From: Promethearchaeati archaeon
GTDB taxonomy: Archaea; Asgardarchaeota; Atabeyarchaeia; Atabeyarchaeales; Atabeyarchaeaceae
Assembly: GCA_019058495.1 (NCBI GenBank)
Contig: JAHPYV010000001.1
Span: 38,254 to 102,253 of the forward strand
DNA length: 64,000 bases
Direction: 5' to 3'
Part shown: piece by piece, positions 19,528 to 29,599 of the stretch
Layout: every line of letters begins with the position of its first letter
Numbering within the stretch: position 1 is the first letter of the stretch
Position numbers and translations under genes: made by a program
Notes under the pieces: model-generated
What the model saw: the letters and a program-made list of their open reading frames with translations, nothing else
The model's database searches: none
Told to the model about the DNA's origin: nothing

Positions 19528-20943
19528 TTAGAGAACCCAGGTTGGCAGCTTCTTGAAGTAGTTAGTCAAAAACTCGGCGAAGCTTAAGTTAGCATCACAG
19601 AGGGGGAGTACCTCTTCGTTTAGGAGTACCCTCCCTCCCTCTTTTACCCAAGCGCCCACATCCTTGGAAATGCCCATCGCGGCTGGGCTTTCCTCTCTCA
19701 GCTTTGTTTCGACTAGGTCTTTTGCGTTTGTGAAGTCTCGCTTTAGTTCGACAACCCACTTTCCTTCCTTGATCCATGGTCCGGCCAACGTCTTGTTATT
19801 TTGAAGATGTTTCTCGAGGAACTTCTGCTGACTTGGGTCTCCGGCCGCTGGTCCTTGATGGGATTTCACCGACGGAAGGTTAGCTGAAGTTAGCTCTATT
19901 GCCATGATCGCTTCCTTTTCCTCGTCTGACCAGATGTCGCTGCCTATTGCCGTGAAGTCGTTCAAATCAAGAAGCTTCTTGATAGCTTTCAGCGACTTTC
20001 TTAACTCCCCCCAAATTACGTCTGGGGAGATCTTCTGCGAAGGTATCAGGATGAATAGCGTGTCAGTTCCCCTGCTCTTCATCAGAGCTTTGAGTTGATT
20101 GGCAGACAATGGCTCCAACAGCTTAGGCTTAAAGAACCTTGTCGACGGATCTTTAAGGAATGCTTCTGCCGCTCCCTTCAGATCACCTAGTCGATCGCCC
20201 GATACCGCTGCGGCGGCGTTTCTGGTTGGGTCAATTGGATCAATTAGTATGAGCGGTTCAGCGAAGATCGTTTTCATAGTTTCAGAATCGCTGTAGTGCC
20301 TTTCTATGTCGATTGCTTCTTGAGTCTTCCATCGCAGTGCATTTCTAAGGACCTTCTCGAATGAGCCATAGTGTAGAATGAGAAGCTCGCACAGATAACC
20401 TGAAAATCCGTTTATTCTGATCTCGGCTCCGTAGACACCTATTCCCTTCATGAAGGCTTTTAACAATATGATTTCGTCTTTGAAATCTTCTTTCATCGAT
20501 TTTGACAGGTATTCTGTGTGAAGTGGTGTTCTGTCGACTGATGTCACTCTCTCCGAGAATTTCGAGATCTTGTAACATGGCACTATGTCGACTCTGTAGC
20601 CATCTATGTTTGCTTCTATGAATGGGTGCTCGGCGTAGCGCTCCCTCCATTTCCCTTGGGATGCTTTTTTGCCTAGCTCCAGACCGATTGTCTTGACCTT
20701 GTCTAATGGGTAGTTTAGCGGGAACAGAATGAAAATATCTATGTCCCGCTCACCAGAAATCCAAGTTCCATGTGCTATAGAGCCTTCAAGTTCTGGATGA
20801 GCGTCTATCCCTGCCTTTTTGACCTCCTTCTTAAGCTGATTTAGGATGTTTGAGACAGTCTGCGCAACTTGCGTTCTCTCTTTATCATCTGGTTTCATCT
20901 CTTGCAGAATTTCTTCGCAGATCTGCTGGATCTTCGATTTCAT
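19528..20943 (-). CDS. cca: CCA-adding enzyme (archaeal class I tRNA nucleotidyltransferase)
   Basis: ELEGSIAHGTWISGERDIDIFILF nucleotidyltransferase motif. Length about 470 aa. Confidence 0.9.
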   Translation of the reverse strand: MKSKIQQICEEILQEMKPDDKERTQVAQTVSNILNQLKKEVKKAGIDAHPELEGSIAHGTWISGERDIDIFILFPLNYPLDKVKTIGLELGKKASQGKWRERYAEHPFIEANIDGYRVDIVPCYKISKFSERVTSVDRTPLHTEYLSKSMKEDFKDEIILLKAFMKGIGVYGAEIRINGFSGYLCELLILHYGSFEKVLRNALRWKTQEAIDIERHYSDSETMKTIFAEPLILIDPIDPTRNAAAAVSGDRLGDLKGAAEAFLKDPSTRFFKPKLLEPLSANQLKALMKSRGTDTLFILIPSQKISPDVIWGELRKSLKAIKKLLDLNDFTAIGSDIWSDEEKEAIMAIELTSANLPSVKSHQGPAAGDPSQQKFLEKHLQNNKTLAGPWIKEGKWVVELKRDFTNAKDLVETKLREESPAAMGISKDVGAWVKEGGRVLLNEEVLPLCDANLSFAEFLTNYFKKLPTWVL

Positions 20944-21017
20944 TTTAATCCTGTCCGAGATCCCGTATTCTCAAGACTCAGGGAATCTAATCTGGTAGGT
21001 TTCCTCATCACCGACTA

Positions 21018-21611
21018 CTACTCTTTTCCATTTACTTCATGTAGGGTCGTGTAGATAGGTCCGCGAGGAGTGAGAGTGCTCTTCTTAAGCTCGACTGTTT
21101 TCACTGTCATTCTTCCGATTTCTGCGTTCAAGAGTTCGCCAAGTTTCTTGATCAGAGCAGCTTTGTTGCGCCCACTTCTTACTCGGCCAATCGTCAAGTG
21201 AGCAGTGAACCGTTCCCCCTCAGACTTGAAACCGATCCCTCTGAGATAGTCATCAAGCTGTTTTGAAAGCCTGCTGAAAGCATCTAGTCCGGTTGACACA
21301 CCCACCCATACTACGCGGGGGTTACGCATATTTGGAAAACATCCTACGCCTGTGATTTCAATAGTAAATGAGTTGAAGTCCAGCTTGTCCATGCAGCTCA
21401 TGACTTCATTCACTGTCGACTGAGGTATCTCTCCAAGGAATTTCAATGTGAAGTGTATGTTTTCGGCTTCAACCGCTTTTATATCAGCTCCCACGGCAAG
21501 AACTTCTCGCTGCAGTTTGAGCACCTTTGGGAGAAGTTGAGAGTCCAACTCCACTGCGATAAATGCTCTCACTTTGTCCAATTGATCTCTCTCCTCCAGA
21601 GTTTTGACCAA
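21018..21611 (-). CDS. thpR: RNA 2',3'-cyclic phosphodiesterase (2H family, LigT/ThpR)
   Basis: Two HxT motifs: HFTLKFLG and HLTIGRV. Confidence 0.85.
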   Translation of the reverse strand: MVKTLEERDQLDKVRAFIAVELDSQLLPKVLKLQREVLAVGADIKAVEAENIHFTLKFLGEIPQSTVNEVMSCMDKLDFNSFTIEITGVGCFPNMRNPRVVWVGVSTGLDAFSRLSKQLDDYLRGIGFKSEGERFTAHLTIGRVRSGRNKAALIKKLGELLNAEIGRMTVKTVELKKSTLTPRGPIYTTLHEVNGKE

Positions 21612-21800
21612 AGATATTTATGCGTTATAGTATCTCCTAACACAAGAAGCGAATGGAGGGAGGAACTGCAATACCTACTCAATAAGCGCAATAGTTAATA
21701 TATGTGTGTTCAATTGGTTACTTTATCAAGAACTGTCGCATAAGTTTATTTCTGCTTCTGGTTTAACTATGATTTAGTAGGCTTAGGTGAAGTAAGCTCT

Positions 21801-22931
21801 ATGCCAAAGCGAAGCAAAAGGATTTCAATCGAGCACGATGAATCCTTCATAGAGGAAATCGAGAGAGAAGAATCCATCTTGACGCCAGCTGAGACGGTGG
21901 TTTTGCGCCCCGCTGGTTTCCCACTGCGTACGCCTGGAGAAGATAAGCCTCTTAGGATAACCACTGATAACCCTCTCCTCTTTCAGGCCTATGCCACCGA
22001 TCAGTGGCGTGGGCAGAGAGTAAAAAGAGGCGACTTCCTGTTTGACCAAGAGACATTCCCTAATTTCGCTTTCGAGGTCATAGACATCCTTCCTGAAGGC
22101 GCGTGCATAACATCGACGACCAGGGTTGTGCTAGAGAGCCCACAGAAGTCTACGTCAAGCGTGAAGACACAAGTGACTTTCGATGATATAATTGGCAATG
22201 AGTCTGCAAAGCAGAAATGTAGGATTATTCAGAAGTACCTTGCCTCACCCGAGAGATTTGGCGATTGGGCCCCCCGTAACATTCTGTTCTATGGTCCTCC
22301 TGGAACCGGGAAAACTATGACTGCGTTGGCATTGGGAAATGAAAGCAAAGTTCCGATATCTTTGTCTAAGGCGACCGAACTGATTGGGACATTCGTCGGT
22401 GAAGGAGCTAAAAGGGTCCACGACCTTTATGCAGAGGCAACGAATTCATCACGCTCAATAATATTCATTGATGAACTAGACGCGATCGGCCTAGACAGGA
22501 AATACCAGTCTATTAGAGGGGACGTCTCTGAAGTTGTGAATGCTCTCTTAGCTGAAATGGACGGTGTCAAGCCAAACATAGGCACGGTGACAGTGGGTGC
22601 AACGAACGCGCCCGTATTTCTAGACTCCGCAATTCGGAGCAGGTTTGAAGAAGAAATCGAGTTCAAGTTGCCCACAATAGATGAGCGAATCAAAATGCTT
22701 CATCATTACGCTGGTAAGTTGCCAATTCCGGTGAAAGCGGATCTCGATAGGTTCGCTTCAGAACTGGATGGGGCATCAGGGCGTGACATCAAAGAGAAGT
22801 TCCTCAAGGGCGCGCTTCATGCTGCAATGCTTCGAGATGCCCAAGTTATAGATAATGCTCTTCTGAATGAGTCCCTTGACAAAATGAAAAAGCAATCGAA
22901 CCATATGGTTCCTTCCCAGTTGTTTACTTAA
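21801..22931 (+). CDS. AAA+ ATPase with CDC48-N-like domain and a single AAA module
   Basis: Walker A GPPGTGKT, Walker B IIFIDELD, second region of homology GATNAP..LDSAIRSRF. Confidence 0.8.
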   Translation: MPKRSKRISIEHDESFIEEIEREESILTPAETVVLRPAGFPLRTPGEDKPLRITTDNPLLFQAYATDQWRGQRVKRGDFLFDQETFPNFAFEVIDILPEGACITSTTRVVLESPQKSTSSVKTQVTFDDIIGNESAKQKCRIIQKYLASPERFGDWAPRNILFYGPPGTGKTMTALALGNESKVPISLSKATELIGTFVGEGAKRVHDLYAEATNSSRSIIFIDELDAIGLDRKYQSIRGDVSEVVNALLAEMDGVKPNIGTVTVGATNAPVFLDSAIRSRFEEEIEFKLPTIDERIKMLHHYAGKLPIPVKADLDRFASELDGASGRDIKEKFLKGALHAAMLRDAQVIDNALLNESLDKMKKQSNHMVPSQLFT

Positions 22932-23006
22932 TTAGACTACTGCTACCGGCGCTGTTCATCAGGAATAGAGTTGATATCCTTTAATTCTTGGAGCCGGATG
23001 AGGCTA

Positions 23007-23570
23007 ATGAAAGTCATCGGCATTGTTGGCATGCCAGGATCTGGAAAATCTGAAGCAGCGGATATCGCGAGATCTCTAGGCATACCTACAGTTCTAATGG
23101 GTGACGTTATTAGGAAAGCTGTTGCCGATTCGGGTCTCCAGATCAATCCAAGGACTCTTCGATCAATGATGATTGAACTCAGAAAGAAACATGGAAAAGG
23201 TGTTGTCGCTGAAAGGTGTCTGCCTCTCATCAGATCCCGTAGGTCGCATGGGTTAGTGGTTGTAGATGGTCTCAGGAGTCTTGATGAAGTTGAAGTATTC
23301 CGCCGAGAATTTCCAGATTTTTCGATCGTCGCTGTTCATTCATCGCCAAAGACACGTTACAAAAGATTGCAGGAACGAAGGCGAAAAGATGATCCAGACA
23401 GCTGGGGCGAGTTCTGCAAACGGGATAGACTTGAGCTCCGGGTCGGGATCGGAAATGTCATTTCGCTTGCTGACGTAGTAATATCCAATGAGGATACGCA
23501 CTCGGAGTTCAGAGAGAACATGAAGAGAATTATAGCGAAGGGAACTACCAATGATCAGAGTTCAAATTGA
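23007..23570 (+). CDS. UPF0200-family P-loop kinase-like protein (dephospho-CoA kinase/adenylate kinase fold)
   Basis: MKVIGIVGMPGSGKSE N-terminus. I prefer ATG 23007 over the track start 22971. Confidence 0.65.
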   Translation: MKVIGIVGMPGSGKSEAADIARSLGIPTVLMGDVIRKAVADSGLQINPRTLRSMMIELRKKHGKGVVAERCLPLIRSRRSHGLVVVDGLRSLDEVEVFRREFPDFSIVAVHSSPKTRYKRLQERRRKDDPDSWGEFCKRDRLELRVGIGNVISLADVVISNEDTHSEFRENMKRIIAKGTTNDQSSN

Positions 23571-23949
23571 GGTGCCTGTTTACTCAACTGAGAGCCCTGA
23601 CAAAGTTAGAAGAGCTCTTTCGAACATCGTTTTTGGAATGAGTTTTAGTGAAAGAGATGAGGATGAAGTAAGGTACCTGTATGGTGTGTCAGAAGGTCTT
23701 GATTCACTCTCACAGATACAAAGGCATCTGAAGGACCAGGCAATATCAACCTTTGCTAAGAAGGCACTTTCCAAATCAGCAATCGAAGGCAATAGAATAA
23801 GGTTTTATCTCAATAAACAAGCGGCTTTCATGGGAGTTGTTCATTTCTGTGAGAGCAAAAGTGAGTCTCCTTTAGGCCCCATTACCGTTGAGATAGAGTC
23901 GGACGATATGAAATCGGTCATCAACTATATTACTGGGCAGACTGACTGA
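23551..23949 (+). CDS. UPF0201-family (COG1931) putative RNA-binding protein
   Basis: MIRVQIEVPVYSTESPDKVRRALSNIV matches the UPF0201 N-terminal pattern. Overlaps and couples with the upstream UPF0200 gene, the usual pairing. Confidence 0.6.
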   Translation: MIRVQIEVPVYSTESPDKVRRALSNIVFGMSFSERDEDEVRYLYGVSEGLDSLSQIQRHLKDQAISTFAKKALSKSAIEGNRIRFYLNKQAAFMGVVHFCESKSESPLGPITVEIESDDMKSVINYITGQTD

Positions 23950-23991
23950 ACTCGTATGCTCTAAGCTTCAGCAAAGGGAGAGCGCCGGGAT

Positions 23992-24918
23992 TTGCAGATT
24001 CTTTTTCTTGGAACTGGTGGAAGCGTTCCTACGGTGGAGAGAGGTTCTCCCTGCATGGCTTTGAGAAGAGAAAGCGAACTCCTCTTCTTCGACTGTGGTG
24101 AGGGAGCACAGAGGCAGCTTGCCTTTGCCAAGCTGAGATACGGCAGATTATCTAGGATATTCATAACACATCTTCACGGAGATCATGTACTCGGGTTGGG
24201 AGGACTACTTCAGAGTCTATCTCTCTCAAGAAGAACAAGACCAATCCAGGTATTTGGACCTACAGGAATAAGGAAATTCATACAAGCGTTAAGCGAAACA
24301 CTGCACTTCATACCTAGTTTCGATGTCATTATCGACGAAATAAATGATGCAGGTAGAGTATTCGAGAACAGTCAGTATATCGTAAGCGTGTGTAGAACCG
24401 ATCATAATAATATTCTCTCACTAGCTTATCGGCTCGAAGAGAAGTGGAGGCCCGGCCGATTCTTCCCAGACAAGTGCAGGCAACTTGGGGTTCCTGAAGG
24501 ACCCAAATGGAAGAAACTGCAGTTGGGCGAGTCTGTAAGACTGGAAAATGGCACTGTTGTGACTTCTGAGATGGTTCTTGGACCCAAACGCCCAGGGAGG
24601 GGAATTGTATACTCAGGCGACACTAGACCGACTAAAGACGTAGTCACCCTAAGTTCTGGTGCGGATATATTAGTACATGATTCAACATATGATGACAGTT
24701 TGATGGACAAAGCCGCGGAGTACGGACATTCTACCGCCAGTCAAGCAGCTAGAATTGCAGAAGAGGCCAAAGTCAAGCTCTTAGTCTTGACGCATATCTC
24801 GAACAGGTACAAGGATGACCGAATTCTGCTCGAGCAGGCTCGAAGAATATTTCCCAACACGATTGTCGCAAGGGATTTCGCCGATATTCCGGTACCCTCG
24901 GCTGATACAGTTTCGTAG
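23992..24918 (+). CDS. rnz: Ribonuclease Z (tRNA 3' endonuclease)
   Basis: ILFLGTGGSVP, FDCGEGAQRQ and THLHGDH metallo-beta-lactamase motifs. About 308 aa. Confidence 0.9.
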   Translation: MQILFLGTGGSVPTVERGSPCMALRRESELLFFDCGEGAQRQLAFAKLRYGRLSRIFITHLHGDHVLGLGGLLQSLSLSRRTRPIQVFGPTGIRKFIQALSETLHFIPSFDVIIDEINDAGRVFENSQYIVSVCRTDHNNILSLAYRLEEKWRPGRFFPDKCRQLGVPEGPKWKKLQLGESVRLENGTVVTSEMVLGPKRPGRGIVYSGDTRPTKDVVTLSSGADILVHDSTYDDSLMDKAAEYGHSTASQAARIAEEAKVKLLVLTHISNRYKDDRILLEQARRIFPNTIVARDFADIPVPSADTVS

Positions 24919-24926
24919 CCCTCGAG

Positions 24927-25985
24927 TTACTTCCTTGTAAGTATGACGATTCTTCTAGTAAGGCTTCTGTGAACCCTCACTAGATGTGTTTCGAGCACCT
25001 TAAAGCCCTTAGACATTAACGCACTCGTCTCAACGCTCGAAGGAACAGAGAGACAAACCTTGCTGCCAGTCTTGAGGAGTGATGCAGCTTCACCGAGGAA
25101 TTCATGGACTAGGGCGCAAGTTTCCCTACCTTTGGTTGATGATGACCTTCCATAGGGAGGATCTGTCGCCAGCGCATCTGCCTCCCTTATTGGCATGTGT
25201 CGTGCATCGCCTATGCAAACATTGCTTGAATTCAGCCCAAGTGCCTGCAAGTTTGTCTTTGAGCCTTTCGTCATTTGGGGATCAAGATCTGTTCCTATCA
25301 TGTCGCATCCTATGATGCCTGCTTCTATTAGTATTCCTCCAGAGCCACAGAAAGGATCTAGGAACCTACTGCCAACTTTTGCGCCTGACAAGTTCACCAT
25401 AGTTCTGGCTAAACGAGGATGCATTGAACTCGGATGGAAGAAAGGCCTAAACCCTGGTCTACGAATACTGAAACCTTTCTCTTCTGCCCGTGCTACATTT
25501 ATGCATAAGAGTGCTCTGTCGTTCGTGATAATTGTATAGAACAGGATGTCAGGGTTCTCAAGATTGACGCTTGCCCACTTCACTCTTTCTTTTATTTTCC
25601 CCCCTATTTCACTTTCCAACCTGCTTACATCAATCCCCTCCGAATGTCCCTTCACACCTTTCACTCTCACAGCGAAGGATAGGTGAGGCTTGACTACCTC
25701 ATTGAGGTTCAGATCATCTATGGCTCGAATTATGCTGGCAGGTGTTTTTTCCGACTCAGCTAAGAGAGCACAACCTCTTCGCACCATTCCAGCCTGCTTC
25801 ACGACTACTCGACAAGCTTCAACAGGCGCTGACAGGATGAGAACTTGGTCAAGTCTATTAAGTTCTTTGAACGGTATCTTGTAGCTGTCCAGTATACTTT
25901 CGCACTCAGAATAAGGGATGGTAGCATTGTTTCCCAATAACGTGAATACGATTCTGCTCGATTCTCCATGCATGTTTTTCGTCAA
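24927..25985 (-). CDS. trm11: THUMP-domain tRNA (guanine10-N2)-methyltransferase (Trm11/Trm-G10)
   Basis: N-terminal THUMP-like region. SAM motif DPFCGSGGILIEAG and catalytic DPPYG. Confidence 0.8.
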   Translation of the reverse strand: MTKNMHGESSRIVFTLLGNNATIPYSECESILDSYKIPFKELNRLDQVLILSAPVEACRVVVKQAGMVRRGCALLAESEKTPASIIRAIDDLNLNEVVKPHLSFAVRVKGVKGHSEGIDVSRLESEIGGKIKERVKWASVNLENPDILFYTIITNDRALLCINVARAEEKGFSIRRPGFRPFFHPSSMHPRLARTMVNLSGAKVGSRFLDPFCGSGGILIEAGIIGCDMIGTDLDPQMTKGSKTNLQALGLNSSNVCIGDARHMPIREADALATDPPYGRSSSTKGRETCALVHEFLGEAASLLKTGSKVCLSVPSSVETSALMSKGFKVLETHLVRVHRSLTRRIVILTRK

Positions 25986-26132
25986 GCCCTATCTGATCGG
26001 ATGTAGTATGTCGGACACAGAAGCCCTTAAGACACACTTCTGACTTCAATAACACAGAGACCTGCTCACAGAGATTAAGTCTTAGGTTGGCCACCAAGCC
26101 TCAGTACTCATTGTCACTGGTGTAGGTTTGGA

Positions 26133-27245
26133 ATGTGGCGAATAGTTCGTCCTGACTCCGTGGATGTATGGAACGACGAGCTAGTCAGGACTAGGCTCTC
26201 AAGGTACTACGGTATCCTTAAAGGAGTTTTTCTGCCGAAATTCAAAATAGCAAAGCTGGTACCTGTTGAAGTTTCATTGGACTCTCCTGAAAATGAACTG
26301 TGGAGCGAGCATCGTAAAGCTTCCAGGGATTTTGGCACATTACTCTCAGATCTTGATGGAGGCAAGATCAATCTTAGGGAAGTCGCAGTTCCTTCATCTA
26401 TTTCTTTCTTGGATTTGAAAATCGAGCTCGCCAAGAGAATAACGCAAAGTTGCCACCTCTGTGAACGAAGATGTAACGTGAATAGGCTCAAAGGTGAGAA
26501 GGGATTTTGTAGACTGGGAAAGGATTCATTTGTGTCAACATTCTTCCTACATATGGGGGAGGAAAGCGTTCTTGTTCCATCTGGAACGATTTTCTTCACG
26601 GGTTGTAACTTTGGTCCCTGCGTCTTCTGCCAAAACGCTGACATATCAAGCGATCCTGACAACGGTCAGATAGTTACACCAATACTGTTGTCGAAGATGG
26701 TTACCAGTCTCAAACGCGAAGGAGCGCGCAATGCTAATTGGGTTGGAGGCTCTCCCACTCCGAACCTTCATAACATTCTGGAGTCCATGAAACATATTGA
26801 GGTTGATATTTGTCAGCTCTGGAACTCGAATTTCTACATGTCGAATGAATCCACCGAACTACTCTTGGATGTGATCGACTTCTGGTTGCCTGACATGAAA
26901 TGGTTCAATGACAAGTGTGCTTTCAAGTATTCGCGGATTCCGAATTATTGGAATGTTGTCTCAAGGAATCATTTGGTCACGCACAACAGGGGAGGAGGTG
27001 AAATGATCGTCCGACATTTGCTCGTGCCAGGGCATATTGAGTGTTGCACCAAACCTGTTCTGGAGTGGATTTCGAACAATATACCCAAAGCTCTCGTTAA
27101 TGTCATGGATCAGTATAGGCCGAGCTACCTTGTTTCGAGCAACAGAGATTATGCTGATATAAATAGAAGGCCGTCGCAAGAAGAGATAGAAATAGCTTAC
27201 AAGTATGCTGATGAGTTGGGATTATTGTGGAAACCAATAAGCTGA
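26133..27245 (+). CDS. Radical SAM protein, PflX-like (COG1313)
   Basis: Upstream Cys cluster CHLCERRCNVNR...GFC, then cluster GCNFGPCVFCQN. Spacing is CX4CX2C as read from the DNA. Confidence 0.65.
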   Translation: MWRIVRPDSVDVWNDELVRTRLSRYYGILKGVFLPKFKIAKLVPVEVSLDSPENELWSEHRKASRDFGTLLSDLDGGKINLREVAVPSSISFLDLKIELAKRITQSCHLCERRCNVNRLKGEKGFCRLGKDSFVSTFFLHMGEESVLVPSGTIFFTGCNFGPCVFCQNADISSDPDNGQIVTPILLSKMVTSLKREGARNANWVGGSPTPNLHNILESMKHIEVDICQLWNSNFYMSNESTELLLDVIDFWLPDMKWFNDKCAFKYSRIPNYWNVVSRNHLVTHNRGGGEMIVRHLLVPGHIECCTKPVLEWISNNIPKALVNVMDQYRPSYLVSSNRDYADINRRPSQEEIEIAYKYADELGLLWKPIS

Positions 27246-27442
27246 ATATCAATCAAAAGTTGAATGCACAATAATCCGATGTCGCACCCCTCCTTGGGCG
27301 CAACACGCAAGAGCGTTTAAGCAGATTTAAAAATCGAATTCACCAACTAGTAGTTAGCGAGCGTAGAGTTTAGTTTTCAGAGCTTCTTATAAGAAGCGAT
27401 GGGTAATTACTTTAGAACCAAGATTCGCGGGGTAAGCAAGCA

Positions 27443-27664
27443 ATGAATTGTCCTGAGTGTGCTGGGGAATTAAAGTATGATAGAAACCGCCGATCATACG
27501 TCTGCACTAGATGTGGAGCCACTTGGAAACGTGAAGAACTTGACGAAGCCCACGAGAAACTCCTAGATGAGATCTATGGCGGCTTTGACGAGAAAAAAGA
27601 TGAGAAAGCCAAAAGACAGAAGGAATATCTAGACTGGTGGGTTTCCAAGGAAAAGAAGAAATGA
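27443..27664 (+). CDS. Small zinc-ribbon protein with K/E-rich tail
   Basis: CPEC...CTRC ribbon within the first 26 residues; 73 aa. Confidence 0.5.
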   Translation: MNCPECAGELKYDRNRRSYVCTRCGATWKREELDEAHEKLLDEIYGGFDEKKDEKAKRQKEYLDWWVSKEKKK

Positions 27665-27691
27665 CCTATTTCCTCTTCCTCAGTCTGATTA

Positions 27692-28909
27692 CTATTGGAC
27701 TTCTTTGAATGTCTTCACAACCATGTTCACGGGTTGTTTGGTTATGTTTCCCCTTCTTGCTCCGACGACCACGCCTATGCCTTTCTCGCTAGCCAGATCT
27801 ACTAGACGTTGCGTGATAACTCCATCGAATACTATTGCATGAACTCCCTCGAGTGACGATATGGCATCAGTGATCTCTCCAACAGGTGTCTCCTTGACCA
27901 ATTCAAACTTGTCGTTAAGTACTACTGCTTTTAGCGTCCCATCGATGGAACTGACATATTTTGCAAATGGCTCTGAGCGGGCAGAACTTTTTTCTTTTCT
28001 TTCCTTCACCCCAGTGGGGCGCGAATCCTTAGTCTTCTCCGGAGTTACGTGCTGGCCCTTATCAGTGGCTATAGTTGCTTGTTCAGCTGGAACCTTGTTT
28101 CTCAAGGCCTTTATGATTTCCTTCCTTGTGAGTTCCTCGACATCCTTGCCTACAGGAGCTCGAGCTACGAAGTCGACATCAGCTACTTGGAGTAGTTCTT
28201 TGAGTATTAGATCGCCGCCTCTGTCACCATCCAGGAATGCGATTACGGTTTTCTTTCTGCTGAGGTCTATTATCGACTGAGGGATCCTGGTTCCCTCAAC
28301 TGCAATGAGGTTCTTAAACCCGTATCTGAGAAGGTTCTGCACGTCTGCCCTTCCTTCTAACACGATTATCGTATCCGATTCCTCTATCCCTGGGCCAGCG
28401 GGCAGTTCTTCTAAGCCGAACTTGCTTATTTCTCCGCCTTTGACGGTATCCATGACTAATTCAGTTATCTCCTTGCTTTCAGGAGCTATTTTCTCCTCCC
28501 ATTCACGTAGGATCTCGGAAGCCCGCTTCGTTATTTTTTTCCTCTTGAGTTCTCTCACATCTTCTATTTTATCTATCCAAAACCTAGCGGTGCATGGCCC
28601 TACTCTGTCAATTGTTTCGAGTGAGGAAGCCAAAACTGCCGTCTCAACTTTGTCTATGCTTGAAGGTATTATGATTACCCCACTCGATTTTCCCGCTTGA
28701 GTATTGATGTTAACTATGATTCTCCCAATGCGACCAGTCTTTTGCAATTCTCTTAGATCAAGTTCATCTCCGAGTAATCCCTCCGTCTGACCAAAGATGG
28801 CTCCTACGACATCAGGTTTCTCAACGACGCCATCAACTTCAAACTTTGCTTTGACAACATACTTCGTTGTAGTATATTCTTCATGATCCTCCGTCATCTG
28901 GTAATTCAA
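27692..28909 (-). CDS. dnaG: Archaeal DnaG primase/exosome-associated TOPRIM protein
   Basis: KYVVKAKFEVDGVVEKPDVVGAIFGQTEGLLG..LDLRELQKTGRIGRI N-terminus is diagnostic. TOPRIM motifs VLEGRADV and DGDRGGD. Confidence 0.9.
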   Translation of the reverse strand: MNYQMTEDHEEYTTTKYVVKAKFEVDGVVEKPDVVGAIFGQTEGLLGDELDLRELQKTGRIGRIIVNINTQAGKSSGVIIIPSSIDKVETAVLASSLETIDRVGPCTARFWIDKIEDVRELKRKKITKRASEILREWEEKIAPESKEITELVMDTVKGGEISKFGLEELPAGPGIEESDTIIVLEGRADVQNLLRYGFKNLIAVEGTRIPQSIIDLSRKKTVIAFLDGDRGGDLILKELLQVADVDFVARAPVGKDVEELTRKEIIKALRNKVPAEQATIATDKGQHVTPEKTKDSRPTGVKERKEKSSARSEPFAKYVSSIDGTLKAVVLNDKFELVKETPVGEITDAISSLEGVHAIVFDGVITQRLVDLASEKGIGVVVGARRGNITKQPVNMVVKTFKEVQ

Positions 28910-29011
28910 CCCCTAATAAGAATGATTCAGTAAAGTGAGCATCAAACATACTATGTCTTAGTGTCTTTGTATAAACCAGGAAGCATAGAAAACTCCTTTG
29001 CTATACCTAGT

Positions 29012-29443
29012 TTACGAGGAATTTATTATGAATCGCTTGTTATTTAACTTTTCTTGCAGCCCCTTTACTTTGTTGAGCCCTTCGATTTGTCTCGTTACCC
29101 AGCTAATGGCGTTTCTTATCTTCTCTCTCATTATCGTTTGAACACCCCAAAGGTGAAGTTGCCGCCTGATCTCTTGAGACAGTTCTTCGCCTTCCTGGTC
29201 AAAATCCGTTAGTATGACGACACTTTTGCATTTGGAGAGTTCCTCGGTGAGTTCAAAAAGCCTCTTTCGGTGCTGTCTGATTCTGATAATTCTCCCAGTC
29301 ACACCAAGCTCTTTGAGGGCGCTCTCATCTCTTTTCCCCTCGACTAGAATCGGTACACCAATGGACGAATGATCACAGAGTTCTACAATCATCTCGGCTA
29401 TCTTTTCTACCCTATTATCATCTCGCGAAGCCATGTCTTTCAT
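29012..29443 (-). CDS. Small TOPRIM-domain protein (UPF0292/COG1658, RNase M5-like)
   Basis: ILVEGKRDESALKELGV and VVILTDFDQEGEEL TOPRIM motifs; 143 aa. Confidence 0.75.
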   Translation of the reverse strand: MKDMASRDDNRVEKIAEMIVELCDHSSIGVPILVEGKRDESALKELGVTGRIIRIRQHRKRLFELTEELSKCKSVVILTDFDQEGEELSQEIRRQLHLWGVQTIMREKIRNAISWVTRQIEGLNKVKGLQEKLNNKRFIINSS

Positions 29444-29599
29444 ATGAAAAACCTCTGCTGTTGAAGAGGAGGATTATACTAAGAGACCGGAACGAATGCC
29501 GACGGCCTATCCTTCCAAATCCTGCATAGAGACAAACAACGGTCCGCAGTCAAAATCTGTTACTAACGACCACATTCAACGAATGACCAGTTATTTGGA

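Noticed and set aside
29444-29599. Looked for the rpl37e gene that commonly follows the archaeal Sm gene.
   Set aside because: Minus-strand translation of the gap gives only a 22-codon ORF (MWSLVTDFDCGPLFVSMQDLEG) with no L37e zinc-ribbon motif.
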